Shown: positions 9,577 to 19,943, counted from the first letter of the stretch. The stretch: 48,523 nt of DNA from Fistulifera solaris (GCA_030295235.1 AP026142.1:806001-854523); one strand, 5' to 3'. Notes: generated by a model from the sequence alone, not told the origin. Made by a program: numbers and translations.

Positions 9577-12251
9577 CTAGTAAAAATCAAGACAAGCCGG
9601 ACATTTGCCAACACAGAGGCCCCATGCACACCGTTTTTCCCACGGTACACTTTCGGTGTTCTTACAATCATCGGGACAAGTTTCGTCATTGATGCACTCT
9701 CTGCACTGAGCGCATGAATCCCATCCGCACTTGGTGGACCAAGGATCAGGACTTGCAGAGCACCAGTCGCGACAGTTGCCGTATTTCGCCATCAAGAAAG
9801 GATCAAACTCAATAAACTTTCGAGTATTGGGCCACATATCCCAGTCAACCTTTATGGGCGTGCGTGGATGACACAAGTGCACGACAAACAGATCGCGCAG
9901 TACATTCATTGTATATCCGGCCCGGTAAAGTTCGTGAAACCATGAAACCTTGTCGTACCCGTATCCACGAATGGCGGTCCAAAAGCGAGGTACTCCCCGC
10001 AGATATCCAATCACGTAAGGCTCGTAATTGAGTTCCCAGTCAATTGCGTAAGAGGATGCTTCCGTAAAGTTGTACCATTTTTCGGACTGAGTAGAGCCTT
10101 GGTTCTTCACATCTACATCGACGTAGAAAACCCAAGCAACGCCATCTTCAACTTTCTTTACCAGTTCAGCCTTGGTTAAAGGCAAGTCATCCTCTGTTGC
10201 AAATCTTGTGGGTGATTGAGTCATCCCATCAGGGCAAACTTCGAATGCTGGCAAGACAAACATAGTCCTTTTCCGGCGCATCTTATCAATAATTTGAGGA
10301 TCATTCTTCATTATCTCCCTCACCGTGGCATGTGAGTTAGGAGTGATAACCAAGTCTACATCCAGTAAAAGGAAGTAATCACTACCGGTGTTCTCGAGTG
10401 CCAGGTTGCGAAGAGTGTTGTAAGGATACGTCCACTGCATTGTCGGCTCGGGGTAATCAGAAAAATCGGTAATTTTCTCCATCATGATATGGACATTGCA
10501 TTCTCGTAAGTAGTACGCAATTGTGTAATTTGATAACCACTCGGAAAAAAACTCGACATCTTCCGCACTTTGAATATAAAGCGCAACGGATCCTGGCCCG
10601 TCCCATTTGCGCAGGTTAGAGATCAAGTTGTTGAGCTTCGCTTGGCTCGCAGAGGCTTGCATTGTTACAACAATATCATTTTCGTCCTCCAGATTTGTTT
10701 TTCGATGAATAAAATTGACAAGGGTTTTACTTTGAGGCTTGGTGGAATTCAGCGACACGGCATGGCTCTCAAGTTTCTCCCAATGTTCCATTAGCTGATC
10801 TTTGTATGTTCGAGGAGTCCATACCTTCTCGGTCAACATCTTCTCACGCCACCAAATCTCCCAGTCCTTGACTAAGCTCCGGTTTGTTAGATCTTGGATG
10901 GTCTTTTCCATCGCATCCACTGACGCAATTGTCATGGACTTGCCACTTTTGTGCGAGTTCCCATCGCGGGTTAGCCGACTACTGCATGTTGCCCGCGCCC
11001 ACCAGTACTCGGTCTCGTACTTGATCATGATACCTTCATGCTCCTGGCCACCGGCAAAGAATCCATCTGTCACGCATTTTCGAGGATGTTTTGTGAGTTA
11101 TAATTGACGACGTACCACACAACATTAATTCAAAGCACGAGGCTTGAAGATTCTCAAAGAGTTGACTTACAAGGAACGTCGCCAGTTCGGCGCATATCGC
11201 CGTCTTTTGCCATACATGTGAACATGTTACGCGGCGTACGATGCAATTGCAAATTGTGATGGTTCCACGCTGCTAATAGCAAATGCTCGGGAGATTCAAT
11301 CGCATAAAATGTTTCATTGGAATAATCGTTTCGAAGGAAGGGCGGAAGCACATCCAGCGCGTCAAGAATGGAGTCCTTGCTCACGGTGAAGTGTCGATCG
11401 TTGATGGCTCCCCAGTCCTCGCCTTCAGGTACGACAATGGCATTCTTCGGGAAGTCGGATATGTCATATGGGCACATATAGAACTGGTCTGTTCGAGTAA
11501 CGATGAACCGGTCGTACTTCTCGGTCAACTTCAGTTCGCGGATGTGTTCCGCCAACCAGTATCGCATCATGTTCTGAATGGCACCAGACGTTTTGTGTCC
11601 TTTCACGCCCCCAAGAACACCTGCTTCTCTCGCTCGCCCTTGCACGCGAGGCTCAACATTTTCTCTCCATCCATCAATATTTAAAGTGTCTGGAAGTCTT
11701 TGATTAGAAGAAAAGTCACAATCATGAAAAGCGTTACCTTAACTAAGAAACTCACCGAGAGCATCTCCCCAGTCATCGTATTCTTTCTCTCGGAAGACAT
11801 ACTTGGCTCTTTTCCAAAGGGACGCGTCGTTATACTTGTCGTCACTCGCACCAACCACTAGACCCAGGTCGGCTTGATTGAAGTCCAGTACATTTTTGTA
11901 AAGAGACTCCCACGCTGGTTCGCCGCAGCGAAGGTTTCCTATCAAGAAAACGATTGTCCGGTTGCCTCCTTGGGGAAACCGAAGGCCGCTGTGACTAAGT
12001 TTAATGCCATTCGTTAGCAATAGTCGACAGACCCAAATTAGATGAATGCCTCCGATGAATAAGATTAGCAATAGAAGCACTCTGTGTGCAATTTTTCCTG
12101 GAGAAAATCGCACTTTCGGCGCGTCTCGAGAACTTTTATCGTTCGAGTCGTCAATGCACGGCAAGAAGGGTTCTTCTAGCCCGATGTCTTTTCTCGGTTT
12201 TCTCGTATTCACCACCATTTTTGGCGGACTCCGACTGGAAGAGCGCAGCAT
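9577..12251 (-). CDS. Type II membrane two-domain glycosyltransferase, paralogue B (834 aa): TM anchor, unassigned putative GT domain, GT49/LARGE-B4GAT1-like domain, two Cys/Trp repeats
   Basis: Exons 12251-11756, 11689-11171 and 11066-9577 total 2505 nt (835 codons). Introns are 11690-11755 (GTGAGT..CAG) and 11067-11170 (GTAAGT..CAG). TM segment VLLLLILFIGGIHLIWVC; motifs YDRFIVTRTD, YPYNTLRNLA, LLDVD, FVLPAFE, YEPYV, GYGYDK. Confidence 0.88.
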
Positions 12252-13663
12252 CGATTTCTCCTTTCTAAGGAAGCTATTGTTTGTTGCTTTTCGTTTGTTC
12301 TGGCTCGTAATGATATCTTTGAGAAGTTGTGTACCTGGTATTGCGTTGTGGGGAGTAGTCGACGCTGTTTTTCATTCTCCCGTCGCTACAACAAAAGGGG
12401 AATGATAAAAAATCCAGCATGGGCAATACTAACTTGAAAGTAACAAGATTCTACGTGGAACTTTTCCCCTAAAATACAAGTTTCAACAAAAATCATTGTT
12501 CGTTTCGTGTTTCGTTATTTCGGAACATTTGAAGTAGAGTGTACAGTGTACCTTGTTTCGCTAGCATCTACAACCTGTAAATTGATAATAGCTTCTTGCT
12601 ATTTGTCTGCTTAGTGAAATGCGTTTGGCTTAATTGTTTTCGTAGTAGCTTGGTTAAATGCAACTGTCACATGTCACCTGTCAGATATCCCTTATCACTC
12701 GACCACGAACCACAAACCACGACACACGGACACACCTAATGAATCTTTAAGCACCGAAGACACCGTGTTTCTATAGAGTTCACATAGTATGATACTTGAT
12801 TTTGAAACTAGAGACGACTCCTCTCTAGTGAGTAACAAATAACAAATGATACTACCTACCCCACAATTTCGTTCACGCTTCATGAAATCAGCATCCGTAA
12901 TCTACATTGTAGACAATAGGTCTAAAATTCCTAGTCTCGAACGGCAACCGGCAACTAAGAACTGAGTAGTATTAAAAATTAAAATCATTTTTTGTGGGAT
13001 AGAAATTTTACAAAGGCTCTACTCCTACCTCAGACCTTGGGGCAATATTAATGGCGTCGTCCATGTTCATCTCATTTCATCCCATGTCCCGCTGGCGCCC
13101 GTCGACAGTCGACCGTCGACCGGTTTTTATGTGACGACTTTTGACTTGCAACTTGCAACATAAATGCTTCCATATGTGAACGAACAAGAACAAAGACGAC
13201 CATACTTCTTCCGTGATCTTACGAGCCAGGAAACACGGAGTAGATCAAGCAACAAGTATAACAAGACGGTAAACGTGGTTTCGTAATACGCCTTTCAATC
13301 ACTGAAACATCTCACTTTCGTCACACCTGACGAAGATGCGATGTCTTCACTCTTCACGTTCAAAGTACCAGTACTTGGTATTTTGTGATTGTCAGATCAC
13401 CAGGTGACGTTGAGCAGTTTTGAAAAGAGTCTCTGATCCTCGTGAATCGAAGACGGTGGAAATATTTCGGCTCTCAAAAGGTGAAGGGTGTGTACTACAT
13501 GAAGAATCATCAATACCAGTAAGCGCCACGACTCGCGGTTCTCAGTTTTTCAAGACAAAAAAGTCAAACATGGAAGTTTCTTCAAGCATTTCTCTGGTAC
13601 GACAACAACACGATGAGAATGGGTTTGAATTGTCTTCCCTTCTAGGTCGTTTTCTCATGCAAT

Positions 13664-14884
13664 ATGGATCCACAGAAAATGCATCGCTTTCCTCCGAGTC
13701 GCTATCCTTTCTCGGATGTAATGAATGTGAGCGATGTACCTCAGTTTGTTACCCTTACTGCAGATGATAGCATCAATTCTCAAGCTGTTAGTCTCTTCAA
13801 AGATTATTTGCTTTCCATTCGTCTTGACGATCAATGTCGTCGTGTTCGGTTCACTTGCTTTGTCTCTTTTGATGCGAGCGACTGCGACGCAATTCAATTC
13901 TTAGTCGACAAAAATGTGGTCGAATTTGGACATCACACATTGAAACATACACGTCTTCCTTCGAAGCGAGATATCCAAGATGCCATCGAGAGTTTACTAC
14001 AATGCGGAGTCCCGAGAAGCAGCTTAGGTGGCTTTCGGGCTCCCTATTTGCAATACAATCAATCCACTTTAGATTTCTTGTACGCGAATCAAGTTCCCTA
14101 CGACTCTACCATCATTCCGCGCGACGATGACACATCGCACTTCGGTCGAGAAAATCAGTGGCCGTTTACTTTAGAAAACGGCTTTGTGAACAGTAGCGTC
14201 AAGTGTGGCAATACAGGCACATGTGCCGCCGGCAAAGCATACCCCGGAATGTGGCAGATACCTCTCTATCGATGGTACCACGCGAACAACACCTTTTTGA
14301 ACGATGCTATGGACTATCGAACGTTTGATGAAGATGTGCAGGACAATTTTGAGCGAAGATACTATGGAAATCGGGCGCCGTTTGGTATTTATTTGCACGC
14401 AAACTGGTTAGAAGAAAATGGCAGCGCACTTAAAAAATGGATTCAAAAGACACTTGACACTTACGCCGACGTTTATTTCGTCACTAATATGGATTTGCTG
14501 CAGTGGATGGAAAATCCTGTTCCCAAGGGCGAGTATAGGCCACAGTCTTGCCAAGTGGAGGAATACCAGCAATCAGGTGCGTTCCAACCCGCTGTCCCTT
14601 CATTTCAACCGATTCCTTTTGCTCTGTCTTCCCCGTCACCGTCAGCAAGAGCGAATAACGATGATCCAAGCATCGTTTCGACATCCCCGAAATCAATCAT
14701 TCAAATCACAGAAACGAGCCCCGAAGAACCGACCATCGCCGGTCTTCGTTCACCAACTCAATTGGCGATTTCAGCACAGCTTGTTGCCGCGATGGCCCTA
14801 TTGATTTTCATCTTACGAAGGATTCGACGTCAGTCGACAGGTGCAATCCCAGAGACTTTGGTATCAAGTAGTACTAGAGTCTAA
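13664..14884 (+). CDS. Membrane-anchored polysaccharide deacetylase (CE4, chitin-deacetylase-like)
   Basis: Motifs VPQFVTLTADD, GHHTLKH, GFRAPYL, YDST, WPFTL, PGMWQIP and RYYGNRAPFGIYLH, followed by a Pro/Ser/Thr stalk, a TM helix and RRIRR. A short upstream exon (ATG 13570, intron 13597-13645) would splice in frame but is uncertain. Confidence 0.88.
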   Translation: MDPQKMHRFPPSRYPFSDVMNVSDVPQFVTLTADDSINSQAVSLFKDYLLSIRLDDQCRRVRFTCFVSFDASDCDAIQFLVDKNVVEFGHHTLKHTRLPSKRDIQDAIESLLQCGVPRSSLGGFRAPYLQYNQSTLDFLYANQVPYDSTIIPRDDDTSHFGRENQWPFTLENGFVNSSVKCGNTGTCAAGKAYPGMWQIPLYRWYHANNTFLNDAMDYRTFDEDVQDNFERRYYGNRAPFGIYLHANWLEENGSALKKWIQKTLDTYADVYFVTNMDLLQWMENPVPKGEYRPQSCQVEEYQQSGAFQPAVPSFQPIPFALSSPSPSARANNDDPSIVSTSPKSIIQITETSPEEPTIAGLRSPTQLAISAQLVAAMALLIFILRRIRRQSTGAIPETLVSSSTRV

Positions 14885-14996
14885 ATTACAGGATGATGAT
14901 GCGATGGTCCTAGCAATTCTCGTCGTATGAAGATTTCGACGTCAGTCGACAGGTGCATCCCAGAGCCTTTGGTATCAAGTAGTACTAGAGTCTAAA
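14789..14996 (+). repeat. Tandem duplication (about 97 bp) of the deacetylase 3' end
   Basis: 14789-14885 is repeated at 14901-14996 (GCGATGG...TTCGACGTCAGTCGACAGGTGCA...TTTGGTATCAAGTAGTACTAGAGTCTAAA). The second copy lies after the stop codon. Confidence 0.9.
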
Positions 14997-15113
14997 CTAA
15001 ACGATGCTGATTGTAGTTAGTATGCGTGCGCATATTGATCAGACCGGCTTTTAGAAACTTTAGAGTGGTTGTATGATAGTTACGTAACAAAACAGGTCAG
15101 CTGGCATGTCTTT

Positions 15114-16061
15114 TTAAAAGTTGACGTCACGCTTGATGCTGACATTCGCACCGTTCACATTTGTTCCGTCGATGGGCATGTTGACATTGGCAGTCCAAGC
15201 TTGGTCACGCCATTCGACATTCAAGCTGTCGTTGGGACGAAGATTAGCCGTGAGGCTGGAATCGTCTCCGAGACGACGTTCCCATTCAACACTCAAGTCA
15301 CCATTTGATGCGATGGTAGGAGCAATGCGGTTGTCACTGTCGACTTGCTGGCTCAAAGTAAGTTCTTGAGAGTCAGCACTGGCGGTCAACTTGACATTGG
15401 TGCGATCATTGCTGTAGTTGATGACCACATCACGAGTATCGTTCTCGAGATTGAATCTTGGATTCACAGTCACACGGCCCCCATTCGCGTCGAAGCCCTT
15501 CGTTGCTTCGATGCTGCGGACACTGAATTGGTTGCCTGCACTAGCGACCAAATGCAAGCTGAGATCAGCGTCTTCATTGTCGGCGTCGATATCCAAGTTG
15601 ACATTCGAAAAATCGGTGCCTTCAACTTCGGCACGAGCACTAAAAATATCAGGCAAGCAATGCGTTAGTCATCAAAGAAAGTAGAGGATGCAAATAGTTA
15701 TCAAGTGAACACTTACGAAACACCCCAGCCAGCAACATCCGTGTTGGCGCGTCCCCAAATCGAACGAGGAAGACTGGCGATATCGGTTGTGGGGCGAGCA
15801 GACGCCTTTACACCGTAGCTGATGTCCAAATCACCAGCGCGACCTTGGTTCTCCCAACTTAGTTGAGGGTCAAGTCCATCAAGGCCGTCGAATTTTCCAT
15901 CGCGAACAGAGATCTGCGATATTGAGAAAAGGGAGGAGTGACGTGAGTTTTCGATTCAACGGTCGGCAGCGATTCAGCCGATTCGAACTCACCGAAAGTT
16001 GAGGCGCTCCGGCACAAGCGTATCCGAGACTAGCAATAAGAGCAGCAGCAGTGAACTTCAT
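15114..16061 (-). CDS. Signal-peptide protein with predicted beta-barrel/porin-like fold (263 aa), weakly reminiscent of plastid envelope pore OEP24
   Basis: Exons 16061-15993, 15913-15717 and 15639-15114, with introns 15914-15992 and 15640-15716 (both GT-AG, frame preserved). Signal peptide MKFTAAALIASLGYACA, alternating hydrophobic/polar strands throughout, C-terminal Phe. The gene model is solid; the function is inferred. Confidence 0.8.
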
Positions 16062-16793
16062 GGTGAATGATAGTTGATGAAAGAAGTCGTAATACTAACA
16101 AGAAAGCGAAACGAGAGAGATACGATTCGACGGTGTTGCGTAATTGTGAGAAAGTTCTCGGCAAGGATGAGATCCCAGCCACGAAAGTTCAAATGCAAGG
16201 TGTCACCGTTGGCGAGTTTGTCTTTGGAAGAGAGTCGAGAATCGACAAGAAAGATCTTTGCTGAGCCTCACTCGTGTCAACTGTCAAAAAGGTGATGTTT
16301 TTGGTGTCAAGCCGACCGACGACCTCCTCAACTCCGCGCGGCGCTGCTGACCGTTCTTTCAAGCGGGTACCTGTACGGTACCATGTACCTAATCGGTACA
16401 ATCGAAGCGATACGGATTCTGCACCTACGTCATCACATAGAATCGATCTCGAATTGCTCTTACTTGCTACCAGGTATGGTTACAAGTGTACAAGAAGATA
16501 CTCACCTTCCGACCGCGCGATTTTCAAATTTTCGTGGGAAAATTTGCAGTCACGAGTCGTCAGGATCACTCGCGACTCACAGGGACCACGCGATTTGCAC
16601 GAGTTACAACCATGCGATGATGACGTGTCCTAGCAGAAAGCATTTTCAATTGCGCGATGAGCGATGACTCATGATTTTCACGCCAACACATCACATTTGC
16701 ATCATTTTCACACGCAGAAAGCGGGTGGAAAGAGCACAACCTATCGTCACAATTCTGTTCTGTCCCCTGTTTCAACATTACAAAAATAAAATA

Positions 16794-17516
16794 ATGAAGT
16801 TGTCTCTCGCCTTTTTCGCTGCAACCGCTGCAACTGCCGCTGCATTCGCTCCCAGCTCGTCTTTCTCTGCGAAGACTCTTCTTCGAATGTCGGAACCCGT
16901 CAACACGGAGTCTGCCGTTGAAACTGCGGCCCCCGAAAAACCCGCTGCTCCTGCCGCACCTGTCGTTACTCCTATCAACGGATGGGTCCCTGATGCATCC
17001 AAGCCTGCCTTTGGTCTTCCAGGAGCAATTGCCCCTCTAGGATACTTTGACCCTTTGGGTTTGATGCCCAAGAACATTCTTGGTGCTAAGCGATTCAGCG
17101 AGGCCGAGATTATGCACAGTCGTGTCGCCATGATGGCTACCGTCGGCTACCTTCTCGCCGAAAACACGCCTACTATCGCGTATGGCTTCGATCACCCCGT
17201 CATCGCCAACAATATGGTTCCTGATGTTCCAGGAACTGTCCTTTTCCCTTTCTTCTTGGCCATCAACATTGCTGAAGCACTCCGTGCTAACGCTGGATGG
17301 GTTGAGCCTGGACTTGGTGCCCTTTTCACTCTCCGAGAAAAGTACTACCCCGGAGATCTCGGCTTTGATCCCCTCGGTTTGAAGCCTAAGGATGCTCAAG
17401 GCTTTGCCAACATGCAAGCCAAGGAATTGAGCAACGGTCGTCTCGCCATGCTCGCTGCTGCCGGCATGTGCGCACAAGAACTGGCTACCGGAAAGCCACT
17501 TTTGGATGCATTTTAA
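16794..17516 (+). CDS. Lhcx: Fucoxanthin-chlorophyll a/c light-harvesting protein, Lhcx (LI818/LHCSR)-like, 240 aa
   Basis: Bipartite presequence with AAA-FAP; FDPLG; helix 1 EAEIMHSRVAM; GWVEP; YYPGDLGFDPLGLKP; helix 3 KELSNGRLAML. Confidence 0.92.
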   Translation: MKLSLAFFAATAATAAAFAPSSSFSAKTLLRMSEPVNTESAVETAAPEKPAAPAAPVVTPINGWVPDASKPAFGLPGAIAPLGYFDPLGLMPKNILGAKRFSEAEIMHSRVAMMATVGYLLAENTPTIAYGFDHPVIANNMVPDVPGTVLFPFFLAINIAEALRANAGWVEPGLGALFTLREKYYPGDLGFDPLGLKPKDAQGFANMQAKELSNGRLAMLAAAGMCAQELATGKPLLDAF

Positions 17517-17759
17517 ATCAAACTTTAGTGTTTAAAAGTATATCTCTATAGTTTTTAGCTTCATTCAATCGTTGAACCGAATCAAAGCCTCTTGACGTAG
17601 CCTTATTCATATATCATAGCTTTCGTTGTAACGATTGTGATATCTTCTCCTTTTTCCTAAAAATACCGTCTAGTCACTTTTAAAATAGTAAGCGAAGAGG
17701 GATATTTGAGATGTTAGCAGGAATGATGGAATGCACCCACGATAACGACAAATGTTGCA

Positions 17760-18037
17760 AACAATAAGGCATAGAGGGTTAGGAATTTGGGAATTGGGAT
17801 ATGGAACATGGAACTTGGAACAAGGAAAGCGTGAGAAGTAGGAAGTAGGAATTAGAGAAACGGTAACTTAGAAGTAGAAAGTAGGAATTTGAGTAGTGGT
17901 AACGCGTGCATGGAAGTAGGAATCAAAGCAGGAGGAATTGAGGAAGAAGTGAAGCTAGGAAAAAGAGGGAATAAGGGGAAGAATAAGAAGGAAAGGGAGG
18001 CAAGAGGGGATAGGGAATTTAGAGGAATGAGGAACAA
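17760..18037 (+). other. Purine-rich low-complexity tract at the gene/subtelomere border
   Basis: The + strand is almost all A/G with recurrent TAGGAA/GGAA motifs. Confidence 0.7.
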
Positions 18038-18212
18038 TGAGCACTTGCAAAAACTGTTGTATCTATCAATGTTTTGCTCCTGTAAAAATATATTTGCACA
18101 TTTGGACCCTCTTGCTTCGTGATTTTTGCTCGGATTGCGTAATGAAAACTGTTTGTGAAACTGTTGTGTTAGTACCTCTCTTATCTACTTGGCACAATAT
18201 AAACATTGTAAA

Positions 18213-19399
18213 GCAAAATCAAGTTGTGCAAGTGCAAGTTGTGCAAGTGCGTTTTGCAAGAAGTGCAAATGCATTGTGCAGGTTGTGCAAGTGCAAGTGC
18301 AAGTGCACTGTGCAGGTTGTGCAAGTGCGATGTGAAAGTTGTGGGAGTGCAAGTGCAAGTGCAAGTTGTGCAAGTGCATTATTCAAGTGCAAGTGCGTTG
18401 TTACGCCAAGTAGTTCAAGTGCAAGTTGTGCAAGAAGTGCAAATGCATTGTGCAGGTTGTGCAAGTGCAAGTGCAAGTGCATTGTGCAGGTTGTGCAAGT
18501 GCAATGTGCAAGTGCATTGTGCAAGTGCAAGTTGTGCAAGTGCAAGTGCAAGTTGTTGGCAAGTTGTGCAAGTGTGTTGTGCATGTTGTGCAAGTGCGTT
18601 GTGCAAGAAGTGCAAATGCATTGTGCATGTTTTGCAAGTGCAAGTGCAAGTGCATTGTGCAGGTTGTGCAAGTCGCGATGTGCAAGTTGTGTGTTGTGCA
18701 AGTGCATTCTTCAAGTGCAAGTGCGTTGTTCAAGTGCAAGTGCAAGTGCAAGTGCAAGTAGTTTAAGTGCAAAATGTGCAAGTGCGTTGTGCAAGTGCAA
18801 GTGTTGTTCAAGTGCAAGTTCAAGTGCAAGTGCAAGTTGTGCAAGTGCGTTTTGCAAGAAGTGCAAATGCATTGTACAGGTTGTGAAAGTGCAAGTGCAT
18901 TGTGCAGGTTGTGCAAGTGCGATGTGCAAGTTGTGGGAGTGCAAGTGCAAGTGCAAGTTGTGCAAGTACATTCTTCAAGTGCAAGTGCGTTGTTCAAGTG
19001 CAAGTGCAAGTAGTTGAAGTGCAAGTTGTGCAAGTGCGTTGTGCAAGTGCAAGTGTTGTTCAAGTGCAAGTTCAAGTGCAAGTAGAAGTTATGCAAGTGC
19101 AAGTTGTGCAAGTGCGTTGTGCAAGAAATGCAAATGCATTGTGCAGGTTGTGCAAGTGCGATGTGCAAGTTGTGTGTTGTGCAAGTGCAAGTTGTGCAAG
19201 TGAATTCTTCAAGTGCAAGTGCGTTGTTCAAGTGCAAGTCGCGTTGTTCAAGTGCAAGTGCAAGTGCGTTGTTCAAGTGCAAGTGCAAGTAGTTGAAGTG
19301 CAAGTTGTGCAAGTGCAAGTTGTGCAAGTAGTGCAAGTGCAAGTTGTGCAAGTGCATTCTTCAAGTTGTGCAAGTGCGTTGTGCAAGTTGTGCAAGTGC
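18213..19399 (+). repeat. Subtelomeric TGCAAG-based satellite, proximal block
   Basis: Concatenated words such as TGCAAG, TTGTGCAAG, TGCATTGTGCAGG, TGCATTCTTCAAG and TTGTGGGAG. Confidence 0.97.
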
Positions 19400-19927
19400 T
19401 GACAAGTATTGCACGTGACCGATTCAAATGGGTTTGAATGATAACGACAATGGGGGATGCGAAGACTTCGTCTACCAACGACGAATCGACTGACGCAAAA
19501 CCAAGACGCCGCAGTAACGGCCGAAGAAAACGCAATGAACGTAACAACAACAACAATTACTCTGTCAGTACCGAAATACCACAGAGAGGACGCTTGTGAA
19601 GAACCTTTACCACCAACGATCAACAAGATGAAGATGCGGTAGAAAAATTAGGTATTATAAGGACTTGTCGTTGATGAAAATCATCAAGCGACAATACGAT
19701 CGCATGGCATCAAGAGTTGTCAGCCACACGATTAATTAAACTACTTAAACTAATACAGTAAACAAAAATACTGTATAGAATCCAACATAGATTCCTTGAC
19801 ACCAAAGTGGACACGTCATTGAAGGAACAACGTCACTCAAGGTTCAGGACTGATATCGATCCCCCGATCGGAGCGTGCCACTCACGATTCAACCCTCGGG
19901 ACTCGTAATCAAAATAATAACTTGTCA
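19400..19927 (-). repeat. 3' LTR of copia element 1
   Basis: Near-identical to 26652-27182, has TG...CA ends, and abuts the PPT. Confidence 0.95.
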
Positions 19928-19943
19928 CTCCCCATTTTCCTTC
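19928..19943 (-). other. Polypurine tract (PPT)
   Basis: The minus strand reads GAAGGAAAATGGGGAG immediately before the 3' LTR. Confidence 0.9.

Noticed and set aside
13099..13124. Triple GTCGAC repeat upstream of the deacetylase
   Set aside because: Too short to distinguish from local slippage; no evidence of function.
16671..16793. Longer N-terminus for Lhcx from the ORF track
   Set aside because: The ATG at 16794 follows an A-rich leader and begins a canonical signal peptide ending in AAA-FAP.
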